NCBI RefSeq assembly: GCF_004010195.1
Contig: NC_057717.1
Coordinates: 105,169,927-105,233,926, forward strand
DNA length: 64,000 nucleotides
Source: Chiloscyllium plagiosum
Lineage: Eukaryota
Direction of reading: 5' to 3'
Shown: positions 47,447 through 60,160 of the stretch, piece by piece
How positions within the stretch are numbered: position 1 is the stretch's first letter
How the letters are laid out: every line of letters starts with the position of its first letter
Notes under the pieces: generated by a model
What the model was told of the DNA's origin: nothing
The model's input: the letters and a program-made list of their open reading frames with translations, nothing else
Databases searched by the model: none
Made by a program: the position numbers and the translations under genes

Positions 47447-50400
47447 TCTTGGCTGAGCAAAGAAAGAGAGAGAGGGGAAAGGGAGAGAGAGGGGAAAGGG
47501 AGAGAGAGAGAAAAGAGAGAGAGGCAAAAGAGAGAGAGAGAGAAGGTTCTTGGCTAAGCAAAGAGAGAGAAAAAAGGGAGAGAGAGAGAGAGAATTTGAA
47601 CTTGAGAAGTTGCAAATTAGTAAAGTCAAGTTAACATGCTGCAGATCAAAAAAGAAGGTAGTGATATATATAAATATGTCAAAACTCTGCCACATTTTGA
47701 TGAGAAAGATGTTGAAGCCTTCTTTATTTCATTAGAAAGATTGGTGAGGCAGCTGGAGTGGTCCAAGCATTTATGAGTAATGCTAGTGCAGATTAAATTG
47801 GTAGACAGAACCCGTGAGGTATTTGCCGCATTGTCAGATGAGGTGTCAAGAGAATATGAAGAGGCTAAACAGACTATTTTAAGTGCATATGAATTTGTAC
47901 CAAAAGCATATAGACAGAAGTTCAGAAACACAAAGAAGGAACCAGGTCAGACTTATGTTGAGTTCTAAAGAATTAACATCGTCATTTTGATCGATGGGTG
48001 CGTGCTTTGAAAATAGACAGGACATTTGAGGCTCTCAGAGAGAGATTATTCTGCTGGAGGAGTTTGAAAAATCACTTCCAGAGATGGTAAGAATTCACGT
48101 GAAGGAACAGAAAGTTCAGGAAGTGAGAAGGGCAGCAGAATTAGCAATGAGTGCATGCTGGTGCATAAGACAAGCTTCTGGCCAGAATTTCATCCTGTAG
48201 GGATAGAAGTTGGGAGAAGGGGAGATCCTACACTACTAAGCCAAGAATAGAGAGCACTGGTAAGGTTTGCCACAGGATAAAAAAAGAAGCCCAAGAGGGT
48301 GGAAAGGAGATGAAAGGCCTCAGGTGTTTTCACTGTAATGGAGAGGGACACAGAAAATTACAATGCCAGTGGTTTCAGAAGGGCACTGGGAAAAGGTGTT
48401 TTCACTGCCAGAAGGTGGGACACGTAAACACAGTGCTGGTCGTTAAAGAAAGGCGCTGTGGGAAAAGGTGTGGTAAAAGAAGCTAAGCCAGTGGCATTAG
48501 TGAAGGTAGTAAAGGAGACCCCAAGAAGAGCTGAGGAGCTGCAGGAGAGTGCACAGCCTAGGCAGGGGCTGGGTATGGAGTTAGTACTTGATTTCTACAA
48601 AGATTTCACCTCTGTCAGTAAAGCTTACTCAGAAAGAACAGGGGAGAAGGACAAGAAGTTATCATTTTGAGAGATACAGGATCTAACCAGGCTCTGAAAG
48701 TAAGGGATAAGCGAATATGCGCTCTTTCTGATCTGTTACCCAAGAGTGTGGTAATTTGTGGGATAGATGGACGGAAATTTAGCATACCCCTATGTAAGAT
48801 CAGGTTGGAGTGCCAACTTAAGACAGGGGAAGTTATAGTGGGAGCAATTGACAGACTGTCAGTTCCAGAAATTCAGTTTGTTCTTGGAAATGATTTGGCA
48901 GGATCCAAGATGGAGGTGACACCCTTTGTTGTGGAGAAGCCCAGGGAAGACCAAGAAACTGAGGAGTTAAAACAGAAATATCCTGCTATTTTCCCAGACT
49001 GTGTGGTAACTAGATCCCACTAGTAAAAGTAAAGTGAAAGATGAAGAGGTTGAGGTTCAGTTAGTGGATACCCTGTTTGACGTAATGGTGCAGGAAAAAC
49101 CTGAACAGGCAGAGGGTCAGACAGAAGTGTTTAGTCCTGAAAGGCTAAGAGACTTGCAACAGGAAAACAAGAGAAAGATATATATGTGGATACGTAGTCT
49201 GAAAAGGAGGCAGAGAATATGCAAGGGGTCACTATCTGAAAGGTAATAGAATCCTCAGATGGAAATGGAAACCACGGCAGGTTAGTGCAGAGGGAAAATA
49301 GGCCAAAGTGCACCAGATTGTGTTGCCGGTAGCATAGAGACAGGAAGTGTTACGGGTAACACATGAACTACCTGTAGGAGATCACCTAGGGGTACGAAAG
49401 ACTCAGGCTAAGGTATAAAAACACTTTTATTGGCCTGGAATGCACAAAGATGTGGTTAACTTTTGCCGTGTGTGTCATACATGCCAAATGGTAGGGAAGC
49501 CTCAGGCGGTAATAAAATCAGTACCTTTGTTACCAATTTGCGCATTTGAAGAACCTTTAACATGGGTTATAATTGATTTGTAGGTTGCCCATAAGAACTA
49601 AACGTGGGAATCAGTACTTGATAACCATAATGGATGACTACCAGATTTCCGGAGGCAATTTAATTCCGGAGTATCAAGGCAAAAAAGGTGGTAGAGGAGT
49701 TAGTAGCTTTCTTCACCCAGTATGGGTTACCCAGAGAGATTCAGTCAGACCAAGGGACAACTTTTACTGCTAGGCTGTTTAAGGAGGTTATGGATAGCTT
49801 AGGTGTACAGCACTTTAAATCCAGTGCATATCATCCTGAATCCCAGGGAGCTTTAGAAAGGTGGCATCAGACCTTGAAGACCATGTTGAGAGCATAATGT
49901 CAGGATTACCTGAATGATTGGGATAAAGATATCCCATTCATATTGTTTTCCATTAGAGATGCCCAAAAAAATCTACTCAGTTTACTCCCTTTGAGGTAAT
50001 ATTCGGTCATGAACTGAGAGGTCCTCTGAAATTAATTAAAGCAAAATTGACAGGACCAAAGTCGGAGATCTCATTCTTAGATTATGTATCGGAGGTGAGG
50101 GCGAGACTAAATCGAGTAGGTGAGTTAGCTAAACAGCACCTAAAGAAGGCACAGTATAGAATGAAGCAGGTGGCAGATAAAAGCTCTAAGACTCGGATGT
50201 TTTCCCAAGGGGATAAGGTGTTAGTACTATTATCAATGATAGGAGATCCCTTCAAAGTCAGGTTTAGTGGTCCCTATCAAATCGAGAGAAAGTTGAGTCC
50301 AGTGAACTATCTAGTAAAGAGGCCAGATAGAAAAAAAAAGGTATTGGGTATGTCCTGTGAACATGTTGAAACCATATTACACTAGAGAGAAAGAACTGGA

Positions 50401-52081
50401 GAAACAGATGTTAGTTACTGCCCCGCAGAGTGAGGAACCAAATCCAGATGATATGGATTTTGAGGTGCCTCAAAATAGACTAAAAAATGAAGAAGTTCTT
50501 GAGGAGTGGGATAGATTAGTAAGCTGTCTGGCTCAGGAGCATAGAACGCAGTTGAAAGATTTGTTAGTACAGTATAAGGACATATGTAATAATCAGATGG
50601 GGAGGACTAATGCTATTGTACATGAAGTAGACGTAGGGAATACTGCTCAGAAAAAACAACACCCCTATCAGCTTAATCCTCTCAAAGCCAGACAGGTCGA
50701 GATGGAGGTGGAGGCCATGCTCAACGTGAACATCATTGAACCAAGCCAGAACGAGTGGAGTTCGCAGATCGTCTTAGTTCCCAAACCGGATGGGACTCAA
50801 TGATCCTGCATGGATCACCAGAAAGTCAACGCTGTTACAAAATCGGACTCATATCCAATTCCTAGATTGGAGGACTGTATCAAGAAAGTTGGACAAGCCA
50901 GTTACATCACCAGGTTGGACTGAATGCGTGGTTACTGGCAGGGTACCTTTGTCAGACACAGCAAAAGAAATTTCTGCGTTTGTAACCCCAAATGGGCTAT
51001 ATCAGTTTAAAGTGATGCCCTTTGGAATGAAGAATGCGCCCGCCGCATTCCAAAGAGTCAAGAACAGAGTTGTGGCTGGGTTAACAAACTGTGCAGTCTA
51101 TGTGGACGAAGTAGTGATCTTTAGTAAGTCCTGGAAAAATCACATGGTACAGTTGACAGAGTCCTTTGAACGACTACGAGAAGCAAAACTGGTGATAAAC
51201 GTAAATAAAACAGAATTCGCAAAAGCAGAGGTGATGTTCTTGGGACATAACATCGGTCATAGAAGGTTGACCCCACAGAACGCAAAGACGAAGGTCATCG
51301 AGGAATTTCCATGACCAATCTCGAAGAAAGAAGTGCTTCGATTTTAGGACTCAGCAGATTCTATTGGAAGTTTGTTCCAAACTTCAGCAGTGTAGTGGCA
51401 ACATTAAACGATTTGCTGAAGAAGAACACAACGTTTCGGTGGACAGAACCATGCCAGGAGGCATTCGACCATTTGAAATCAATATTAACCACCAAACCAG
51501 TTTTAGCTACACCAAACTTTTCAAAGCTTTTTAAAGTTGCCATCAATGCTAGTGACATTGGAGTTGGAGCTGTACTCCAGGAAGATGAGGATGGGATTGA
51601 ACTGCCAGTTGGTTACTTTTCGAAGAAGATCACCATCCACCAGAGGAAATACTCCACAATCGAAAAGGAACTATTGGGTTTGGTACTGGCCTTACAGCAT
51701 TTTAATGTGTATGTCATGAACAATGTATCAGAGACGGTTGTATACACTGACCACAATTCACATACATTCTTAGAACATTGTAAAGATAAGAATATGAGAC
51801 TATTTTGTTGGAGTCTTATGTTACAGACTTTTAATTTAAAAATCATACATGTTGCGGGTCACAAGAATGTAATCGCAGACACGTTATTGTGGATTTAACT
51901 GATAGAGTTTAGATGAGATTTGTCTTTATTAAATGTTTTATGTATAGATAGGTATATGGGAAGAAGTACGGGTGAACTTAAACGAAAGTTATCTGTATGT
52001 TTGGGTAATGTGTTTAAAAGGTTTAAAAAAATGAAGCCATCTTTTTCTTATGATAGTTCATTTTTTCTTAAGGGGGGGAGG

Positions 52082-52791
52082 TGTTATGAAAATGTGAGTG
52101 TACCTTTAGGAGAGTTAAAAGCAGCAGAACTACCGGACACAGCACCAAGTGTTCTCAATAAGGCAACAATATATGTAACATTGGGTTAAACAACTCGAGT
52201 AGTTCGTTGCCTGGAGACCAAAACAAATTTAAATCCAACCAATCAGTTTAAATTATACCCCGATGAAAATAGCAATTTCCAATCGAGTTTGAATTGAGTG
52301 TATTGACAAGCTTAAAATCCAATGACACAATCCGATGATCTGGAGTATAAGACCAGGAAAAATCGAACAGTTGAAAGGAGAACTGCCAAGTCCTAGCATG
52401 TAGACTGCTTGAAAAAAATCTCTCTTAAAAGTCTCTTTTCGATCAGTAACCTGTGACGCAGAAATTCCTAACAAGGAGAAAAGATGACACAGGAAGATCC
52501 AAAGACAAGAACCTACCACTGCCTGGTTTTGAGATAATAAATGTTGTTTTGTAAATCTTATGTGTTATTAGACTAGTATTATGGAAGGGAAGGTAAAAGA
52601 TAGGTTAGAGGAAGAAATTGTAAATAGTTGTTAGTTAATTATTCTCTGTTATATTTTAATAAATAAAGTTGTTAATTTTTACTTTACATAGTTCTTAGCC
52701 ACTCAAATCTTTACAGATTGCTGCATGGGATAAACCTTTTCTGTGTTGCTGGTTTAAAATTAAGCTGGAGAGTTTACCCCATGTAGTAATA
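52082..52791 (+). repeat. 3' LTR of the Gmr1-type element
   Basis: TGTTATG immediately after the PPT; TATAA at ~52346, AATAAA at ~52662; homologous to the LTR at 14357. Confidence 0.85.
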
Positions 52792-53080
52792 CAAGAGATC
52801 TAGTCTCATTTGCCAGCATTTGGCCCTTCCCCCTCTAAATCCTTCCTATTCATATCCCCATCCAGATGCCTTTTAAATGTTGTAATTGTCCCAGTCTCCA
52901 CCACTTCCTGTGGCAACTCATTCCATACACGCACCACCCTCTGCATGAAAAAGTTGCCCCTTAGGTCCCCTTTAAACCTTTTCCCTTTCACCTTAAACCT
53001 ATGCCCTCTAATTTTGGTCTCTGCCACCTCAGGGAAAAGACCTTGTCTATTCAGCCTATCCACGCACCTCATGATTTTAT

Positions 53081-55049
53081 AATAAAGGAGGTACTGAAGG
53101 AGGTGACTCTAGAAATCGTGGATACATTGGTGATCATTTTCCAATGTTCTATAGATTCAGGATCAGTTCCTGCGGATTGGAGGGGGTTAATGTTGTCCCA
53201 CTTTTTAAGAAAGGAGGGAAAGAGAAAGCAGGGAATTATAGACCAGTTAGTCTGACCTCAGTGGTGGGAAAGATGCTGGAGTCTATTATAAAGGATGAAA
53301 TTACGACACATCTGGATAGCAGTAACAGGATAGGTCAGAGTCTGCATGGATTTATGAAAGGGAAATCATGCTTGACTAATCTTCTGGAATTTTTTGAGGA
53401 TGTAACTCTGAAGATNNNNNNNNNNNNNNNNNNNNNNNNNNNNNNNNNNNNNNNNNNNNNNNNNNNNNNNNNNNNNNNNNNNNNNNNNNNNNNNNNNNNN
53501 NNNNNNNNNNNNNNNNNNNNNNNNNNNNNNNNNNNNNNNNNNNNNNNNNNNNNNNNNNNNNNNNNNNNNNNNNNNNNNNNNNNNNNNNNNNNNNNNNNNN
53601 NNNNNNNNNNNNNNNNNNNNNNNNNNNNNNNNNNNNNNNNNNNNNNNNNNNNNNNNNNNNNNNNNNNNNNNNNNNNNNNNNNNNNNNNNNNNNNNNNNNN
53701 NNNNNNNNNNNNNNNNNNNNNNNNNNNNNNNNNNNNNNNNNNNNNNNNNNNNNNNNNNNNNNNNNNNNNNNNNNNNNNNNNNNNNNNNNNNNNNNNNNNN
53801 NNNNNNNNNNNNNNNNNNNNNNNNNNNNNNNNNNNNNNNNNNNNNNNNNNNNNNNNNNNNNNNNNNNNNNNNNNNNNNNNNNNNNNNNNNNNNNNNNNNN
53901 NNNNNNNNNNNNNNNNNNNNNNNCACATGGTATTGGGGGCAAAATACTGACTTGGATTGAAAATTGGTTGGCTGACAGGAAACAAAGAGTAGTGATAAAC
54001 GGCTCCTTTTCGGAATGGCAGGCGGTGACCAGTGGGGTACCTCAGGGATCAGTGCTGGGACCTCAGCTTTTTACAATATACATTAATGATATAGATGATG
54101 GCATTAAAAGTAATATTAGCAAATTTGCTGATACAAAGCTGGGTGGCAGGGTGAAATGTGAGGAGGATGTTAGGAGATTACAGGGTGACCTGGACAAGTT
54201 AGGTGAGTGGACAGTTGCATGGCAGATGCAATTTAATGTGGATAAATATGTGGTTATCTACTTTGGTGGCAAGAACAAGAAGGCAGATTACTACCTAAAT
54301 GGAGTCAAGTTAGGTAAAGGGGCAGTACAATGAGATCTAGGTGTTCTTGTACATCAGTCAATGAAAGCAAGCATGCAGGTACAGCAGGCAGTGAAGAAAG
54401 CTAATAGCATGCTGGCCTTCATAACAAGAGGAATTGCATATAGAAGCAAAGAGGTTCTTCTGCAGCTGTACAGGGCCCTGGCGAGACCGCACATGGAATA
54501 TTGTGTGCAGTTTTGGTCTCCAAATTTGAGGAAAGACATTCTGGCCATTGAGGGAGTGCAGCGTAGGTTCACAAAGTCAATTCCCGGAATGGTGGGACTA
54601 TCTTACGTTGAAAAATTGGAGCGACTGGGCATGTATACCCTTGAGGTGAGAAGGCTGAGAGGGGATCTGATTGAGACGTATAAGATTATTAAAGGATTGG
54701 ACACTCTGGAAGCAGGAAGCATGTTTCCGCTGATGGATGAGTCCCAAACCAGAGGACACAGTTTAAAAATAAGGGATAGGCCATTTAGAACAGAGTTGAG
54801 GAGAAACTTCTTCACCCAGAGAGTGGTGAGTGTGTGGAATGCTCTGCCCCGGAAGGCTGTGGAGGCCAAGTCTCTGGATACTTTCAAGAAAGAGTTGGAT
54901 AGAACTCTTAAGGATAGTGGAATCAAGGGTTATGGGGATAAGGCAGGAACAGGATACTGATTGAGGGTGATCAGCCATGATCATAATGAATGCTGGTGCT
55001 GGCTCAAAGGGCAGAATGGCCTACTCCTGCACCTATTGTCTATTGTCTA
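53081..55049 (+). mobile_element. 5'-truncated, relatively young CR1 LINE (RT to 3' tail; contains N-gap)
   Basis: NYRPVSLTSVVGKMLE..HGFMKGKSCLTNLLEFF, VPQGSVLGPQLFTIYIND..KFAD, MEYCVQFWSP, RRNFFTQRVV; (ctattgt)n tail. Confidence 0.92.
53416..53923. other. Assembly gap (N)
   Basis: Run of N. Confidence 1.
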
Positions 55050-56354
55050 TATACCTCTATAAGATCATCACTCAGCCTCCAACACTCCAGAGAAAATAGA
55101 CCCAGTCTATTCAGCCTCTCGCTATACCTCAAACCTTCCAACCCTGGTAACATTCTTGTAAATTTTTTCTGAACCCTTTCAAATTTCAATACATCCTTCC
55201 TATAGCAGGGAGACTAGAATTGCACACGGTATTCCACAAGTGGCCTAACTGATGTCCTGTACAGCGCAACATGACCTCCCAATTCCTACACTCAATGCAC
55301 AGACCAATAAAGGCAAGCATACCAAATGCCTTCTTCACTATTCTGTCTACCAGCGACTTCACTTTAAAGGAACTATGAACCTGCACTCCAAGGTCTCTTT
55401 GGTCCACCTGATCAAGATCCCATTTTACTCTAAGGTAACCTTCTTTGCTATGCACTCCACCTCTAATTTTGGTGTCATGTGCAAACTTACTAACTATACC
55501 TCCTGTGTTCACATCCAAATCATTAATATAAATGATGAAAGCAGTAGACCCAGCACTGATCCTTGTGGCACACCGCTGGCCGCAGACCTCCAGTCCAAAA
55601 AGCAACTCTCCACCACAACTCTCGTCTTCTACTTTTGAGCCAATTCTAATACATGGCTAATTCTTCCTATATTTCATGTCTTCTTCACAATTTACCACGC
55701 CAGCTCTTTTGGGTGATCAGCAAATTTAGAAACCATATATTCACTCCCTTTATCCAAACCATTGATATAGATTGTAAATATTTGAAGCCCCAGCACTGAT
55801 CTAAATTGCAATCCACTTGTGACATCATTCCAACCTGTAAAATGCCCACTCTCTATTTCCTGTCAGTTAATTAATCTTCTGTCACAAACAAAGAACAATA
55901 CAGACATTATCTACATTTTATGCAGAAACCTTTCATGTGTCAGTGTCATCTGGAAAGCCAAGTATTCCATAAGACCATAAGACACAGAAGCAGATGAAGG
56001 TCATTCAGCCCATCAAGTCTGTTTTACCAGTCAATGAAATCATGGTTGATTTGACAATCCTGAACTCCACTTTACTGGTTTATCTCAAAAACTCTTAATC
56101 CATTACTAATAATAATCTATCTCATCTTTGAATATTCTTGATGATCAAACCTCAACAGTTTTCTACAATAAAGAATCCACAGAATCACTACTCTCTAAGA
56201 AGAAATTCCTCCAGATGATCACTTATTCTGAAATTAAGTTCTCTGGTCTGAGGTTCTCCAACAAGGGGAAAAAGTCTTTCCACTTAAGAATCCACTTAAG
56301 CCCCTTAAGATTCTTGTATGGTTCAGTAAGGTCACTTCTCATTCTTCTAAACTT

Positions 56355-57850
56355 TTGTTTTTAATTCACTCATAGACTATAAATGCTGGCTGAGCCGACA
56401 TTTATTGTGCATTCAGAGTTGCCCTTGAGAAGGCGGTGGTGAACTGCCTTCTTGAACCACTACAGTCCATATGCTGTAGGTACACCCACAATGCTGTTGG
56501 GGAGGGAATTCCAGGATTTTGACACAATGACATTGAAGGAATGGTAATATATTTCCGAATAGTGAGTGGCTTGGAGGGGAATATTCATACTTCCATGTGT
56601 CTGCTGGTCTTGTCCTTCAGATGGAAGTGGTCATGCGTTTGGAAGGTGCTATCTAAGAAGATTGGTGAATTTCTGCAGTTCATCATGTAGATGGTCCTAG
56701 ATGGTGTCAAGTTTCTTGAGTGTTGTTTAGCTGCTTCAACCAGCAAGTGAGGTGTATTCCATCGCACGCCTGAATTGTGCTTTATGGATGATGGACAGGC
56801 TTTGGGGAGACAGAAGGCAAATTACTTGCTACAGTGTTCCAAAACTCTGACTTGCTATGTAGCGAGTCTGGTTGAGTTTTTGGTCATGGGCTGCTTCAGG
56901 ATCTGAACATTGTGCAATCATCAGTGAACATCCCAATTCTGACCATATGATGGAGGGAAGGTTGTTAATGAAGCAGCTGAAAATGGCTTAGCTGAGATGA
57001 CTGTCCTCCAACACCCACAATAATCTTCCTTTGTGCCAGGTATGACTCCAACCATGGAAAGATTTATCCCTGATTTGACTCCAGGTTTGTTTGGGCTCCT
57101 TGATGCCACGCTCAATCAAGTGCAGCATTGATGTCAAAAGTAGTTATTCTCACCTCACTTCTGGAATTCAGCTCTTCTGTCCATGTTTGAATGAAGACTG
57201 GAATGAGGTCAGGAGCTGAGTGCCTCCTGGCGAAACCCAAAATGGACATTGGTGAGCAGGGTGTTGCTAAGCAACTGCTGCTTGATAGCATTGTTGACAC
57301 CTTCCATCACTTTACTGATGATCTAGAGTAGACTGATGGGGTGCGAATTGGCCAAGTTGGATAGTCCTGCTTTTTACCCAAACCTAGGCAATCTTCCACA
57401 TTGTCAGTTGATGCCAGTGTTGTAGCTGTATGAGAATAGCTTGGTTCAGCATGCAGCAAGTTCTGGAGCACAAATCCTCAGTACTAATGCCAGAATGTGG
57501 TAGGGTATACATGCTTTGAAATATCCAGTGTTTCAGTTCTTGACATCATGTGGAGTGAAATACATTGGCTAAAGACTGTCATCTGTGATGCTGTGGACCT
57601 CTGAGGGAGACCAAGATGGAACATCTACTTGGCACTTCTGGATATTTCAAAGCCTGTAGACCCTACCACATTCTGGCATTAGTACTGAGAATTTGTGCTC
57701 CAGAACTTGCTGCATGCTGAACCAGGCTATTCTCATACAGCTACCAACACTGGCATCAATTGACAATGTGGAAGATTGTTGCGAATGCTTCAGCCTAATC
57801 TTTTGCAAGGAAGTGCTAGGTTCCCCTATCATTGATGGGAATATTGTGAA
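56355..57850 (-). mobile_element. Old CR1/L2-like LINE (continues at ~61520-62150)
   Basis: 3' end complementary to 43490-43650; GFARRHSAPDLI..EVRITTFDINAALD. APE piece PIRGKNILDLIFSN..IGRTD at ~62000. Confidence 0.75.
57389..57778. repeat. Inverted duplication, ~140-bp arms (57389-57528 and 57638-57778), 109-bp spacer
   Basis: Arms are reverse complements with about 6 differences. Confidence 0.92.
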
Positions 57851-58111
57851 ATGATTTGTGATGATACTATAGTTTTAAGAAGTGTATTTTGTCCTGGTCT
57901 TTTTATGAAGAAAGTTTCAGATCAGAGGTGGCGATCAGTCTGCTTCAAAGTCCACAAAGAAAACAGGCCTCGGGGTCTTTTTTCTAAGGTTGGAACAATA
58001 GAGCAGCCTGAATGGGTGGGGTCAAGCTTCTACAAAGCTAGGCTTTTTAGTTTTAATTTTTCTATTGCAGTTGTTGCTGGGGTCTCGATGCTGGGTTTGG
58101 AAGCTGCAATA

Positions 58112-58145
<34 letters not shown>

Positions 58146-59324
58146 CCCCTCTCTCTGAGTTTCCTCTTGATGTTTTTCCTCCTGGACTGGAGAATTGTTC
58201 ATGAGACAATCTGTTTTACTGAATTTGCCTTTTCCAAGGGTGTATTCATGGAATGTTACTCTTTTGGAACAGTTACTGTTTAGTAGTTATATATTCTGTT
58301 ATTTGGTTAAGTTTTCCAACAGAGTTAATTATTCTAATTTCTTAGTTCTCTTGCTGTATTTTAACTATAGTCTATGAATAAAGTTTGGTTAGCTTCAAAT
58401 CTGGTACTTTAGCCAATCAAGTTGCATCTGTAATGCAACACTTATCTTCAAAATAAGAAAATTTAGGTTCTAGACTATCTTTGGATTTGATTTTGAGGTG
58501 GTTTGGTCTGGTCCATAATAAACTGGGGGGCTCTTGTTGGGATCAAAATTGCTAATTCCAGATTGGGTTTAGGATTGTTTGACTCAAAGGCAGTGAATGG
58601 TAAGGGTTGGTGTTGGTGTCATTTATTTCAAGTGTTGTATGTGGTTGGTTTAAATAAGGTGTGCCTTGTGTAATAAAGGCTCCTTCAATTGCTAAGTTTC
58701 CTGGAAATGGAAGAGATCACTTCAGGAGTTTTACAGAAAGTGAGCAAGGCAAAGCTTTCAGAATTTGCAAACAAGCTGGAGTTGGGATTGCTTGTTTCAG
58801 TGAGGAAATGGGAGATAATTTTGGCAATCATGGACCAGGAATGTCATCAGAATATTTGGAAATGGCTAAAATTCAATAGCAGCAACTTGGGTTAGATAAA
58901 AAGAAGGAAATAGCCTTGGCAAAAGAAAAAGAAAAGGGAAATGAAACCGTTTGAATTATGAATAGCAAAAGAAAGGTTGGAACTGAAAACTCAAAGTAGA
59001 CTTAAAATAGTAGAGGTACAGGTGAAAAGCAGGAGTAGCGATGCAGGCAGTGATGGTAAACAATCCTTTGCAGACAAAGGCCTGGTCGGAATCTGTTTAA
59101 ATAGGTCCAAGTGTTGCCTAAGTCTGACAAGAAGGATGTAGAAGCCTTTTTCTTTTCATTTGAGGAAGTGGCTAAACAAATGAAAGGCCAATGATCATGT
59201 GGTATTGTTGATCCATACAAGGTTGGTCGGTAGAGCTAGTGAGGTATTTGCATCACTATCAAAGGAGGTATCTGGGGAGTATAATGAGGTGAAAATGCCA
59301 TCTTCAGTGCATATGAGCATGTAC

Positions 59325-59916
59325 TGAGGATCTAAAATCTGGAATTAGACCGTTGTCACGAGTAACCATTTTTATGCATGCTTTTATTAATAACAAAATG
59401 GCTTCAGGCTGCAAATTAACACTGTTTAAAATGGCTTCTCACCCTGCTAAAGGCTGCATTCTTGCCTTGCTGAGCTAACTGAATTAAAGATAAAGCAGAA
59501 CAATGGACCATTCACAGCATGGAATTAACTAAGATAGATAGGATATTACCAACCATTTCAGTAACCTTGAATTGCAGGTGAACAGAGATAAATGTGTAGT
59601 AAATAACTTTGTTTTCCAGAAAATATCCATGGGTTAACCTGCTGTCCATTATGTCATTTTATTACACTTTATTGGATTTACTCTGCAATTAAGGCTGTAC
59701 TATTTTCTTAATAAACATATAAAAATTGCCTTTGTTCCAAGTGAAATTGTGCAGTTTCTCCGAGGAACACAGAAGCTTTTCATCTCTATGTTGATGGATA
59801 AACTTGTGCCCAGCTTCGTAATAAACTGTGAAATCTTGCTGAAGCAGACAACAATCCTGTTGATTATTTGACCGATTGTGGAACCGAAAGACCCCTCCTG
59901 TGGGTCGAGATCTTCA
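59325..59916 (+). mobile_element. 592-bp solo LTR, ERV-like, 4-bp TSD GTAC
   Basis: TGAGGATCT...AGATCTTCA (8/9 inverted ends), TATAAAA at ~59718, AATAAA at 59820, GTAC at 59321-59324 and 59917-59920. Splits the gag motif AYE|VPEAYRQ. Confidence 0.8.
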
Positions 59917-60020
59917 GTACCAGAAGCCTACAGACAATGTTTTTGGAATCTAAGGAGGGAAACTGGTCAAATATACATTGGGTTTGAAAGGACCAAACAA
60001 AATTATTTTGATAGATGGAT

Positions 60021-60160
60021 ATACAGCTTATCATTGATATAGCTGAATCAAAGGTGGGAATGATTCCTCCTGTAGTGAAAAATCAAGCAACTGAGGTAGT
60101 ACAGGAACTACATCATGGGATTTTTCCTGACTCTATGGTAACAAGATCACAAAGCCATAG
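60021..60160 (+). repeat. 140-bp ectopic copy of 60926-61065
   Basis: One mismatch over 140 bp; offset 905 bp. Confidence 0.95.

Larger units (their letters stand above)
45860..52791 (+). mobile_element. Gmr1-type Gypsy LTR retrotransposon (gag-SCAN-2xCCHC, PR, INT, RT, RNaseH, PPT, 3'LTR); 5' LTR missing; pseudogenised
   Basis: AYEFVPKAYRQKFR/IILLEEF (SCAN-like capsid). CFHCNGEGHRKLQC and CFHCQKVGH. RDTGS at 48670. H2C2 at 49360-49490. SDQGTTF..YHPESQGALERWHQTLK. FSGPYQI. GLYQFKVMPFGMKNAPA..YVDE. YSTIEKELL..VYTDH..GHKNVIADTL. PPT aagggggggagg at 52070-52081. Confidence 0.93.
52795..55680 (-). mobile_element. CR1 3' portion (52795-53080 and 55050-55680) split by a nested CR1
   Basis: RGNFFMQRVVRVWNELP on one side, RIVKKAFGMLAFI and KFAHDTK on the other. 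Host sequence 'catgattttat|atacctctataag' is collinear across the insert. Confidence 0.85.
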
